Assembly: GCA_020137815.1 (NCBI GenBank) | Contig: CM035354.1 | Span: 62,001 to 126,000 of the forward strand | Length of the DNA stretch: 64,000 nucleotides | Direction of reading: 5' to 3' | From: Hormiphora californensis | Taxonomy: Eukaryota; Animalia; Ctenophora | Shown: piece after piece, positions 34,501-46,300 of the stretch | How positions within the stretch are numbered: the first letter of the stretch is position 1 | Layout: every line of letters begins with the position of its first letter | Notes under the pieces: generated by a model | Databases searched by the model: none | Seen by the model: only the letters and a program-made list of their open reading frames with translations | What the model was told of the DNA's origin: nothing | Made by a program: the position numbers and the translations under genes

Positions 34501-37500
34501 TAGCAGCCTGATGATGTCGATGTTCGACGAAACCGTCGTGTGATTTATTTATTTCCTGGAATAAAATAATTGTCTCAGTTGTCCATAAACTTCTATCAAC
34601 TATTGAAGATGAGACTCATATCAAGCGTGGCAACACATGAACTTTATAACTTTAATTTCCCCCGGACGTTATTCGCCACTGCTAAGGAATATTTGGCGTT
34701 TGGTGAGAAGCTCAAGGTCACTGAGCAGCGGTTGAACTTCCTGCACCGATGTAAACAGCAGCGTTTAGTTCCAGACTTCATTTCCAACAGTTTCACCATC
34801 CGCCTTAATATATTTCCGATTAACTCGCCTCCTTCTGTGGAATTGTACATTAATAGACTACACCGTATTGCTTTGAATCAGAACATTAATCATTGTTACA
34901 GCCTTATCAGAGATTATAAACAACAGATTACCCGCCTTGGGAGTTCACTGTCAACCTGTTATCATTTCCCTGCTCTCTATGCTCTATTCGTTTGGAACAA
35001 TCAAGAGACGAAGTTGGAGTCGAAAGAGAGGTTGATACGGAAGACTGAATCCCTGCGAAAATCCAGGTGCACCAGAGACCAGGTAACGTCCGATCCTGAA
35101 GCCACTTGTTTTGTTCCCGATCCACCCAGCACCAAAGTTTCATCTATAGGTACTCCCCTATCAACAGAGGAAACTGAGCTATTGGCACTGGGTCCCAATT
35201 TCGCTCTCATGCCGAAAATAAATGAGCAGCTGAAACAGACTGTCAAGACCAACATCGCTCAAGCTGCCTATGGTATGAGATGGAGGAGTTTTATGGAAAG
35301 GCCAGCGGACCCCTTAACTAATCCGGAGAACAACACACCCCTGGAGAACCAAGATGTTGAACAGCAAAAGAGGGTCATTACACCTTTCCACCGCCGTTAC
35401 GCATCCGCCCCTCCCACGCAAGACTTACAACTGGAACATGACCTCCGCCAGCTCCAGCAAGTGATCCTGACTCGCTTGGAAACCACCAAATCCAACTCCA
35501 ACATCACACCCTCCCAACGCGACGGACTCCGATCTCTACTGAAGAGGAAAGATGATCTGCACATCTCTGTCTCGGACAAGGGGGGTGAATTCGTTGTGAT
35601 AGACAAGCAGATTCAGAAAAGTATTACAGAGCACCATATTGACTCTATGTGTGAAAAGGGTGTGTATAAGTTTTTGCCTCCAAGCCGAGGTACCCGAACT
35701 ATTGCTAAACCGACTGAATATTCCTACAGTAATTCTATTGCTTCTTCACGTAATAATTTAGAAAGTGAAGCTAATACCCTTTGGTCGACTATTTGTGAGA
35801 AAGTGAGTTTGGATAGAAAATTCTCAGATTTATTTATTTCCCGTGATTCTACTCTGCCAACCATGTATATATTATATTGATTAAAACTCACAAGATGAAT
35901 GTCGAATATTTTAACCCTGATATTGATTTGAGTGAACCGAATTTGAGTGATTTTAAGGTGCGTCCTATAGTGAGTTGTTGCGGGTCACCTACTGAGAAGT
36001 TGGCATGGGTAGTCACAACCATCCTGTCACCTTTACTCAAGCACGTGCCCTCACACCTCTCTAACATCCATAACCACCTAACTGCACTCCATGACATACC
36101 ACCTTCCCAACTTCAGGAGATGTCATTTTTCTCGGCGATGTGTTTCACTTTACACCACATCACCACAGGCGAGCGTGAAGTCATTAGTTAATTCTCTCTC
36201 GAACACTGGGAGGAGTTAGATACTTGGGGGATCTCTGCTACTGATATACACCTGATGTTGAATGTGGTACTTGAGAATTCGTATTTCGTGTACGACAACA
36301 AGCTGTATAAAACTTGTCGGTCTGTTCATGGGATCGAAACCCTCGCCCCTAGCGCAATCATTCGTGTGTATATGTTTGAGAGAGCTAGTATATACACTAC
36401 CTCCGTCTCACATTCTACGAGATATGTAGACGATACTGCTTCGTTTGCAAATCTGAGGTGGAAGCGAGAGAATTGGTGGCAGGTATTGCTAAGGAGGACC
36501 CCGATCAGCTCCTACAGTGGGAAGTAGTATAACCCGGAGAAGGGAGATTGGGTACCGTTTTTGGATGCAGAGTTGCGGTATCTGATGAGGGATTGTAGAA
36601 CACCATATTATCGTAAACCTCGAAGAAACCCATAACCCTACATTCAAAGAGTCATCACCCTGAAGGTGTGAAGATTAATACTATCAGAACTTCTACCGAA
36701 CAGCTGCTACCTGCTCATCGAATGCTACCCACGAGGAGCACTCGATGGTTATGGTTGATAAGCTGTTGATGAATAACGGGTACCAGATCCTAGACAAATT
36801 TCCGAGCGCCGCCTTATGTCGATTCCACATCTCGTGAGCACTCCACGATACTTAAACTTCCCTATATTAGTGAATCATTTTCTGAGTTTGTAATTTCATT
36901 CATACGGTCACACACTCTTCCCATCCGAGTTGTGTTTACACCAGGTACCAAGTTGAGAAACCTGTTTTGCAAATCGAGACCGCACGACAGAACACACTGT
37001 CATATTACTAACTGTCTTGTATGCCCCCTCATGACCCATCCCACTTTGGATTGTACTGTCAAGGGAGTGGTATACAAGATAGTGTGTAAATTATGTAATG
37101 AAATATATGTGGGTGAGACGGCTAGACCGTGCCGTGAGCGTTTCAAGGAGCACAGATTGGCAGCGAAATCGCCCAATATCTACCCTAACGAAGCACTTGC
37201 AGCACACTACCAATCACAACACAATGGAGAACCCCCTGATTTAGAGTTTGACATATTGGCAACTGGCTTGGACCAGCCAGTCAGACGAAAAGTCACGGAG
37301 GCGATCCTAATCAAATCTCTTAAACCTAGCATTAACAAACGAGAAGAGGGAGAAAAGATCGAACAATTTATTATCTGATACAGTATCTGATTTTCTGATT
37401 CCTAGTTTGCGTGTGATGTATATATTGTATAGTTCCTATTTCGTGTATTTTAGATATTAGACATTAATTAATGTGACCTTATTTTTAGCAGCCTGATGAT

Positions 37501-40500
37501 GTCGATGTTCGACGAAACCGTCGTGTGATTTATTTATTTCCTGGAATAAAATAATTGTCTCAGTTGTCCATAAACTTCTATCAACTATTGAAGATGAGAC
37601 TCATATCAAGCGTGGCAACACATGAACTTTATTACTTTAATACTTTAGTAGCGGGTATCAATTAGTGGAGATATAATAGTAGCCAGTGGATGAACTAGCG
37701 TAGTGTAACACAATCTCAATATCCTGAGGAATTCAACACGTACCTGTTGTGAGGTTAAGATTGATGTACATAAACTTCACCAGACTGTTAATAGTAGTAG
37801 AACGTGTTACATCAGCCACCTCAAATCTGTCATCAATTTTACGAGATATCTCATCATTCACCTGGCCCAAGATATGAAATTAATATGAAGTGAGCTATGA
37901 AGTGAGATATGAAGTGAGCTATGAAGTGGAGAGAGAGAGAGAGTGGATGATGACAATATTTGCATTGCTCGACCCTGTTTCACGGCAAAAAAGATAATAT
38001 ATGAAGAGGAGAAAGTATTCAAGATGTTTTCAAGACAGGGAAGAGAAAGGGAGAAAGGAATGAAAACAATCCCTACATGGTTCTGCAGGATGTTTAGTTT
38101 TTTGACCCACTGTCTCATTTCAGTGCTCTTGTGAAGTCCTTCCAGCTTAGATAACTCTTTCCCTATTACCTCTATCTTTAGTGTGAGCTGGAGGGGGAGT
38201 TAAATCATCAATAATTATCCAGGATAGGGCTGTTTAGTGCGGAACAGCGATACCTGATCCCAGGTACATAATATATCAAACAGGATGCAAACCTCTTTCT
38301 TTTTTCTGATAATTTCCAAAGATTGTGCGATGTTGGGAAGTTCTTCCAGTGCTTTCGTGTTCGTCACTAGCTTGTCTTGAAGGGTATCTGAACAAATAAA
38401 TATTAAAAAGTTGGACTAGTTGGCTCTAGACTAGGTAGAGCTATAAATTTTAAGAATTTCATAAGAAGTTGAACTTTTAAAGTTCTTGGCACTTCTTGTT
38501 TCATAATTATCTGCAACGCACCTATTCTGTCCACTACTGTAGTAGCTTGTTGGAATGCTAAACCCTTCATTAGGATGGCTACAAAGAAGGCACTCATCGC
38601 CATAATATCACAATGTACCAGATCCTCGGAGTCAATCTTGTGCTCAGTATCCAACATTTCACCAATAAAATCTAGTGCCAAGTTAACCGTCCACCTAGCG
38701 AATGGAAAATAAAATCTAGTGCCAAGTTAACCGTCCACCTAGCGAATGGAAAATAAAATCTAGTGCCAAGTTAACCGTCCACCTAGTGAGGGGAAATAAA
38801 ATCTAGTGCCAAGTTGACTGTCCACCTATAGTGAGGGGGGAAATAAAATCTAGTGCCAAGTTAACCGTCCACCTAGTGAGGGGGGAAATAAAATCTAGTG
38901 CCAAGTTAACCGTCCACCTAGTGTGTATGGAAAATAAAATCTAGTGCCAAGTTAACCGTCCACCTAGTGAATGGAAAATAAAATCTAGTGCCAAGTTAAC
39001 CGTCCACCTAGTGAATGGAAAATAAAATCTAGTGCCAAGTTTACCGTCCACCTAGTGAATGGAAAATAAAATCTAGTGCCAAGTTTACCGTCCACCTAGT
39101 GGATAGAAAGGATGATATATTGGAGTGGTTATGTTCAGCTGGTAGCTATCATTAGTGTAAAACTCTACCTGTCATTGAGGAGGACTTCTGGCGTGAAGGA
39201 TGAGGGAAAGAAGGCATTGACAATCCTGAGGAGTATTCGTGTATCAGAGAGATCCTCCAAATCAGTTAAAGGGGGACATCTCCTACCTCCGGGAGAGCCG
39301 TCTATCTGGGCTTGTATTGACTGAACAGAGAGAGAGAGGAGTTTAGTACGTATGCAATGCAGGCTGTTCAAACTGTGACAAAACTAAATATCTCAAGGAA
39401 CGTCTCAAGGAACGTATCACAAAATAGAAGAGACTATGAAAACCCAAGATCACCAGTTGGTCAGTTAGATTTTAGTGTTGATGGACAATGACATATTGTA
39501 TCTTAAAGTAACAATTTTAGGGCTCTTTCTTTGTTTTTCCGAAGGTCGAACAGTATTGTATGACTGTCTAGAAGAAGCGTTTCCATTTTCTCTTACCTCT
39601 AAAATCATTGCCTCTGGCTTCATTTTCTTCTTTTTTTCTTTTAACTTTCTCGCTCGCTCCTGCAAAGTGTTGGACGTTGGTTAATGGAATAAAAGGTGGC
39701 CTAAAGTGCTAACTATACGGCTTACGATGTAATTGTAAATAAATAACGATTATCTTACGCTATTTTTAAGAGCCTTGTAAGATGTTTTACCATCATCGCC
39801 GTCCTTTTTATTAGGCGATGTTATCCAGGAGTAGCTCTGGTTCAGAAGCTGTGACTCATTTTCAATCATTTGACGTGTTGTGTCCCACGTCTCACGGACA
39901 TCATATTGTACCAAGTTCCATAGAAACCATGAAATCTGGAAGGTGGGCCGTGGGGGGTTAGTATAGGGGGGTACTAGCATTTGTATTGATGTGACCTGGG
40001 GGATAAAAAAGGTGTTGCTAAAAGGTTCAGGAGAATGGTGTGATCAAGAGGTTGCTCGACCATCATTTCGTGAGGGTTAGAACAAACCAATCAAGAGGAT
40101 CTAGGAAGAAGGGTCTTTGGCAGATCTTCTAAGAAGAAGGGGAAGAAGGCGAGACATAAAGAATGTGAATCTACCTCTTCTGGATCGCCTATAACTAGCC
40201 TATCTCTATCGTAAACATAGTTGTACGGCAGTATATCGTAGTCTTGAAGTTCGGCAATTATCCACTCTACTCTAGTTTTCTTCTGCTGGTCGGTTAGATC
40301 ATCGCACGATTGTACTTTCTTCATCTCCCGACCTGATAATATGAACTAGTATGAGCGACCTGATAATATGAACAGTATGAGCGACCTGATAATATGAACA
40401 GTATGAGCGACCTGATAATATGAACAGTATGAGCGACCTGATAATATGAACAGTATGAGCGACCTGATAATATGAACAGTATGAGCGACCTGATAATATG

Positions 40501-43332
40501 AACAGTATGAGCGACCTGATAATATGAACAGTATGAGCGACCTGATAATATGAACAGTATGAGCGACCTGATAATATGAACAGTATGAGCGACCTGATAA
40601 TATGAACAGTATGAGCGACCTGATAATATGAACAGTATGAGCGACCTGATAATATGAACAGTAATGAGCGACCTGATAATATGAACAGTATGAGCGACCT
40701 GATAATATGAACAGTATGAGCGACCTGATAATATGAACAGTATGAGCGACCTGATAATATGAACAGTATGAGCGACCTGATAATATGAACAGTATGAGCG
40801 ACCTGATAATATGAACAGTATGAGCGACCTGATAATATGAACAGTATGAGCGACCTGATAATATGAACAGTATGAGCGACCTGATAATATGAACAGTATG
40901 AGCGACCTGATAATATGAACAGTATGAGCGACCTGATAATATGAACAGTATGAGCGACCTGATAATATGAACAGTATGAGCGACCTGATAATATGAACAG
41001 TATGAGCGACCTGATAATATGAACAGTAATGAGCGACCTGATAATATGAACAGTATGAGCGACCTGATAATATGAACAGTATGAGCGACCTGATAATATG
41101 AACAGTATGAGCGACCTGATAATATGAACAGTATGAGCGACCTGATATATGAACAGTATGAGCGACCTGATAATATGAACAGTATGAGCGACCTGATAAT
41201 ATGAACAGTATGAGCGACCTGATAATATGAACAGTATGAGCGACCTGATAATATGAACAGTATGAGCGACCTGATAATATGACGTAGGAGCGACTGATAA
41301 TATGAACAGTATGAGCGACCTGATAATATGAACAGTATGAGCGACCTGATAATATGAACAGTATGAGCGACCTGATAATATGAACAGTAATGAGCGACCT
41401 GATAATATGAACAGTAATGAGCGAGACCTGATAATTGAACAGTATGAGCGACCTGATAATATGAACAGTATGAGCGACCTGATAATATGAACAGTATGAG
41501 CGACCTGATAATATGAACAGTATGAGCGACCTGATAATATGAACAGTATGAGCGACCTGATAATATGAACAGTATGAGCGACCTGATAATATGAACAGTA
41601 TGAGCGACCTGATAATATGAACAGTATGAGCGACCTGATAATATGAACAGTATGAGCGACCTGATAATATGAACAGTATGAGCGACCTGATAATATGAAC
41701 AGTATGAGCGACCTGATAATATGAACAGTATGAGCGACCTGATAATATGAACAGTATGAGCGACCTGATAATATGAACAGTATGAGCGACCTGATAATAT
41801 GAACAGTATGAGCGACCTGATAATATGAACAGTATGAGCGACCTGATAATATGAACAGTATGAGCGACCTGATAATATGAACAGTATGAGCGACCTGATA
41901 ATATGAACAGTATGAGCGACCTGATAATATGAACAGTATGAGCGACCTGATAATATGAACAGTATGAGCGACCTGATAATATGAACAGTATGAGCGACCT
42001 GATAATATGAACAGTATGAGCGACCTGATAATATGAACAGTATGAGCGACCTGATAATATGAACAGTATGAGCGACCTGATAATATGAACAGTATGAGCG
42101 ACCTGATAATATGAACAGTATGAGCGACCTGATAATATGAACAGTATGAGCGACCTGATAATATGAACAGTATGAGCGACCTGATAATATGAACAGTATG
42201 AGCGACCTGATAATATGAACAGTATGAGCGACCTGATAATATGAACAGTATGAGCGACCTGATAATATGAACAGTATGAGCGACCTGATAATATGAACAG
42301 TATGAGCGACCTGATAATATGAACAGTATGAGCGACCTGATAATATGAACAGTATGAGCGACCTGATAATATGAACAGTATGAGCGACCTGATAATATGA
42401 ACAGTATGAGCGACCTGATAATATGAACAGTATGAGCGACCTGATAATATGAACAGTATGAGCGACCTGATAATATGAACAGTATGAGCGACCTGATAAT
42501 ATGAACAGTATGAGCGACCTGATAATATGAACAGTATGAGCGACCTGATAATATGAACAGTATGAGCGACCTGATAATATGAACAGTATGAGCGACCTGA
42601 TAATATGAACAGTATGAGCGACCTGATAATATGAACAGTATGAGCCGACCTGATAATATGAACAGTATGAGCGACCTGATAATATGAACAGTATGAGCGA
42701 CCTGATAATATGAACAGTATGAGCGACCTGATAATATGAACAGTATGAGCGACCTGATAATATGAACAGTATGAGCGACCTGATAATATGAACAGTATGA
42801 GCGACCTGATAATATGAACAGTATGAAGCGACCTGATAATATGAACAGTATGAGCGACCTGATAATATGGAACAGTATGAGCGACCTGATAATATGAACA
42901 GATGAGCGACCTGATAATATGAACAGTATGAGCGACCTGATAATATGAACAGTATGAGCGGAACCTGATAAATGAAAGTATGAGCGACCGATAATGGAAC
43001 AGTATGAGCGACCTGATAATATGAACAGTATGAGCGACCTGATCGTAGATTCAAAGATTCAAATTAGAAAGTATGAGGGGTATAAATATTCAAAGATTCA
43101 AAGACTCAAAGATTCAAATTAGAAAGTATGAGCGGTATAAAACCAAGTGTATTGTTTTTGTAAAATACTAAAATACAAACGGGGTAGACATACCGAGAAA
43201 TGATTCAGTAAGGTATTTTAAGGTAAACCCCTTAAACAGATCTTTGTAAATATTCTTTGTGCTGAATCCATATGATGCTAGGCGAATATTGAGCCAGAAA
43301 TCAAAACATCGTATCCGTGTGGCTTGCTGCAT
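27279..43332 (-). CDS. Multi-exon protein with two calponin-homology-like domains, coiled coil and C-terminal ankyrin repeats
   Basis: Exon 43332-43194 (FWLNIRLASYGFSTKNIYKDLFKGFTLKYLTESFL) joins 40332 (GREMKKV..KTRVEWII) to give CH1. DLEDLSDTRILLRIVNAF..NDR|WTVNLALDF..IDSEDLV gives CH2. Ankyrin motifs GNTSLHFA, GMTLLHHAA, GRTALHYA, GNTPLH, GLLPVHCCA, GETPLFAA. Phases checked at most junctions, including across the Penelope-containing intron (37744 to 32757). Confidence 0.8.
28884..29590 (-). repeat. Array of 3' splice site + first ~40 nt of ankyrin exon (6 extra copies)
   Basis: CAG|GTAGAGC(A/T)GATTACATCAAGTTGATTCTCAGTGTGGGAG, exon start at 28923 (true copy) and at 29036, 29151, 29271, 29367, 29474, 29581, separated by C-rich spacers. 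Confidence 0.95.
29671..30396 (-). repeat. Array of last ~45 nt of ankyrin exon + 5' splice site (6 extra copies)
   Basis: GAAATGTAAAGGGACTACTGCCAGTGCACTGCTGTGCTCTTCAAG|GTAA, GT at 30351 (true copy) and at 30242, 30122, 30006, 29883, 29777, 29675, separated by GGGGT-rich spacers. Confidence 0.95.
32999..34122 (-). CDS. Penelope RT C-terminal half + GIY-YIG endonuclease (intact frame, 5'-truncated inverted copy)
   Basis: ORF 32999-34228 is open from LENSYFVY to IEQFII*. Residues encoded beyond 34122 are antisense pLTR. Confidence 0.9.
34500..34545 (+). ncRNA. Candidate minimal hammerhead ribozyme in Penelope pLTR (copies at 37493-37522 plus, 32855-32884 minus)
   Basis: CTGATGA-t-GTCGA(tgt)TCGAC-GAAAC-c-GTC has the core boxes and a 5-bp stem II. 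PLE pLTRs are known to carry minimal hammerheads. Stem I pairing is weak. Confidence 0.6.
34609..37378 (+). pseudogene. Penelope polyprotein ORF, frameshifted in this assembly
   Basis: ORF pieces 34570-35880, 35877-36191, 36255-36527 and 36932-37378. Many 1-nt deletions relative to the inverted copy between ~36300 and 36830. Confidence 0.85.
38664..39102 (-). repeat. ~44-bp array of 3' splice site + exon start (9 extra copies)
   Basis: CTAG|GTGGACGGTTAACTTGGCACTAGATTTTATT repeated. True exon starts at 38694. The array fills ~85% of intron 38695-39168. Confidence 0.95.
40329..43043 (-). repeat. 26-bp satellite (~104 copies) whose unit is the 3' splice site + 4 exon nt
   Basis: Transcript-strand unit TCATACTGTTCATATTATCAG|GTCGC. 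The true junction is TCATATTATCAG|GTCGGGAGATG, exon start 40332. Confidence 0.97.
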
Positions 43333-46300
43333 CGCTGATTAAACTCCAGTTGTCATTAAAATCTAAACAGGTTTCATTTTTGAGTTTTCAGCCAATCAGA
43401 ACACACGATTTGAGCCGCACACGCGTAAGAGCTTCCACTACACAGTTTTTGAGCTAGAGCCATGCAAATTTATTCACTGGTACTTTGGACCACGGCGGAT
43501 GTAAGTACGGGCTCAGATTTTTGACCCGATCCTTATCAGCAGTGACGTCATTGCGCAAAACATTCAGTATTGCTAATCAGGCCAAGGGGCAGAGGAATCT
43601 CTCGCTAATTAGCAGCCGTGATACTTGATTCTCTAACACTAGACCGATTCGCAATACTGAACACTCAATTTCAATGATTCGTTGAGGATCACATGACCTG
43701 ACTAACTTTAAGAAACATGACACTGTGTCTCTTGTGGTTGTATAATTCAACTAATCTTGTTCACATTGGAAAGCTATTCGATAGCCAAATATAATTGCTT
43801 GAATTTTGGGCCGACAATGACAATGTTCATTCCGATAAAAAACATCTCTGTACCAAATTTCAGTGCTCCGCAATATTTGTAACTATGGTAGACTTAGAGG
43901 GCATTTTTATTGCATCAGTAAAAATACGGCATTTTTCACCGTGGCCACCCCAAATCTTATCCAATCGATATGAAACTTGGTCAGTATGTGCATCTTGATG
44001 TCCTTTGGCCAGAGGTTCCCACGAAACGGATTGACAAGATGAGAGCTGACTGGAGTTTGTTAAAATTTCACGAAGTTTTTCGTCGATTTCGGATTTTGGG
44101 AAAAATTCAAAAAACGCGAACGAGGCCTTGGCAAACGTTGCTGGCCCCCGCGGGATAAGGCAGCGCTTTTCAAAACGTTGGCATACGTTGCAGGCCCCTT
44201 ATAATATAATATAAGGGGCCTGGAGGGAATACCGCGCTGGGGGGGAATACATAATCAATCATATCTCCGGTTCCAGATAAGGTACAGAAATCGTTTTGGT
44301 AGCGTTGGAAAGAGGAAGATAACAGCTTTCAAATGCAACCGGTTTCAGGTCTCTATCTTATCAGGAACAGGAGATATGAACCAAACTCCGCAAAATCGAG
44401 TGCGGTAAAATAAAAAATTCGAGATTTTAATTCAAATTTGAAACAAAAGTGTCCCTGCAGGGATCTGTGACGTCACTTTTTGAAAACAACCAATCTTTGA
44501 ACGGCTATTGCTCAGCCTCCTCAAGTCCAATTAACTTCTCTCAAAAACAGCAAGGTAGATAATTGTCAGATCTAACAACTGGTGAAAGAATCAAGTCAAA
44601 CGGACTTCAGGGGCCAAAGTTATAAGCACCGCCGTTTTTTCGCTCGCAAAGTTATTTTCGACTCTGGCCAGATCTGGCCAAACGCGCGCGCGGCATTCCC
44701 TCCAGTCCCCTCGTTGCGGGGGTGCGCGCATGAGGGGGCTGCAGCGCATTCCAATTCAAAACGAGGCCTCGCGAGGAAAATTTTCGTTGAAATTTAAAAT
44801 TTAACACTGCGCGCGCAAACTGAAATTAGCGCGCCACATTTTGCGGTGAATTTAATTTTAAACCGCCGCGCACTAGTTGTTATTGACACGTCTGTCACTG
44901 CACCAGTCATTTCCACGTGATATAGACCTCAGACTCAACTCAGAGAGTTTAGGCACAAATAAAACACTCCTATTCATTAGGACAGTATTTATTAAAGCAA
45001 TGACACAGTTCGTATGATGAACAATTCAACAATTTTCACAGTTTTGGTCATTCACTCGATCAACTAGTCAGAGCATCCATTTTTTAAGCATTTTTTGGAA
45101 ACGTATGTCCTGACTAAACAGTGGGTTCTATTGGTCCTGGTGCTACTGTTCAGCTCTATTACAGCTCGATTATGTATTACACTCCACATTTAACATGTTT
45201 AAACGGCCGTGGTGATCATCTCTCTCTCTCTCTCTCTCTCTCCCCGTTGTTTTACATTTCACAACAGTCGATCAGTACAGCGTAATAATTTCTTTTGCAG
45301 TAGTTTCCCCCGTTAATAACCACCACGACCACCATGTCCATCTCAATATCATTGCCTGCAAAAGAATTTTACTAAAACTAGATAATATAAATAAGATAGA
45401 TAAATTGGGGGGGGGGGTGCGGGAGTTTTGTGTAAGTACACTGAGGATTAATTTGATACATTTACAAGTACGGACAGGAGACGGATCCCGATTTACTGGG
45501 AGGATAAACTTTCCCCGATAAAGGAAATTAACAATTTAACAGTATTTGACCTCGATTTACCGGACAAAACCATCTCCCCAAGCAAGTAAATTGGGGCCCT
45601 GTCAATCGTCCTATACATACTACAGCCTGTAGGACTATTGAAACTGCAGTTATCTGACAGACAGGGAAAAAAGAAATGAAGGTGGCACCATATGGCCATG
45701 CCGGCATACCAATAATGAGATGTAGACGTTTTAACTTCAAGTTGAACTGTGTTTACACTATCCTATCGACAACTATACTTCACCTTAAATTTTCGGTTTA
45801 AATGTGTAGAAACTGAAACTGCTCTTTTTCTCAGCAATGTATTCCTGACCCCCGGATTAGTATTCACTACTCCGGAGCTACAACTCTACCAATGACTTTC
45901 CTAATCCTTATCCATGACATCTCGTGTTGTCTAGCGGTTTCTATCTCTTTAGTGACACAGAGGGAACTATATTACTATTTTTGCGTGACATTTACACAGT
46001 AGTTTGTTTACTGATGGTGGTTGAGAGAGATATTACAAATTTGCCACTACTACTAGGAAACAGCGTGCCATAATTTGACAATATCTGCGAGATATATTGG
46101 CGATATTTGTTGAGTAATAATACAATTTCCAAATATCTCTCCTCCGACCGGATATGGCCACACAATGAAATTGCCAGATCAACTACGAAACTGCCACTAC
46201 CATGGCTACAAGCTATTTGGCGCCGCACCGATAAGATTCTGATATCGAATCAGACAGTAGACAGATCGTTCTTTCTTTTAGCAGAGCTTTATAATGCAAA

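Larger units (their letters stand above)
32788..37641 (+). mobile_element. Penelope-like retroelement: inverted 3' copy (32788-34122, minus), 5' pLTR (34121-~34651), body, 3' pLTR (37106-37641)
   Basis: RT motifs (RPIVS..GSP, GLFMGSKPSP, RYVDD, FLD, YRKP, HSKSHHP) and GIY-YIG endonuclease (GVVYKIVC..C...YVGET..RERFKEH). Direct pseudo-LTRs and an inverted truncated copy are typical of PLE insertions. Lies in an intron of the CH-ankyrin gene. Confidence 0.96.

Noticed and set aside
32770-37674. TAGTGGAGATAT on both sides of the Penelope element as a TSD
   Set aside because: It does not abut the element ends (offsets of ~6 and ~21 nt). It may be a pre-existing intron repeat.
40346-43054. 902-aa ORF
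   Set aside because: Translation of a stop-free 26-bp satellite in an intron, not a gene.
43400-45000. Possible DNA transposon upstream of the CH-ankyrin gene (palindrome at 44192-44221)
   Set aside because: It looks repeat-like, but I could not find TIRs, a TSD or a coding motif.
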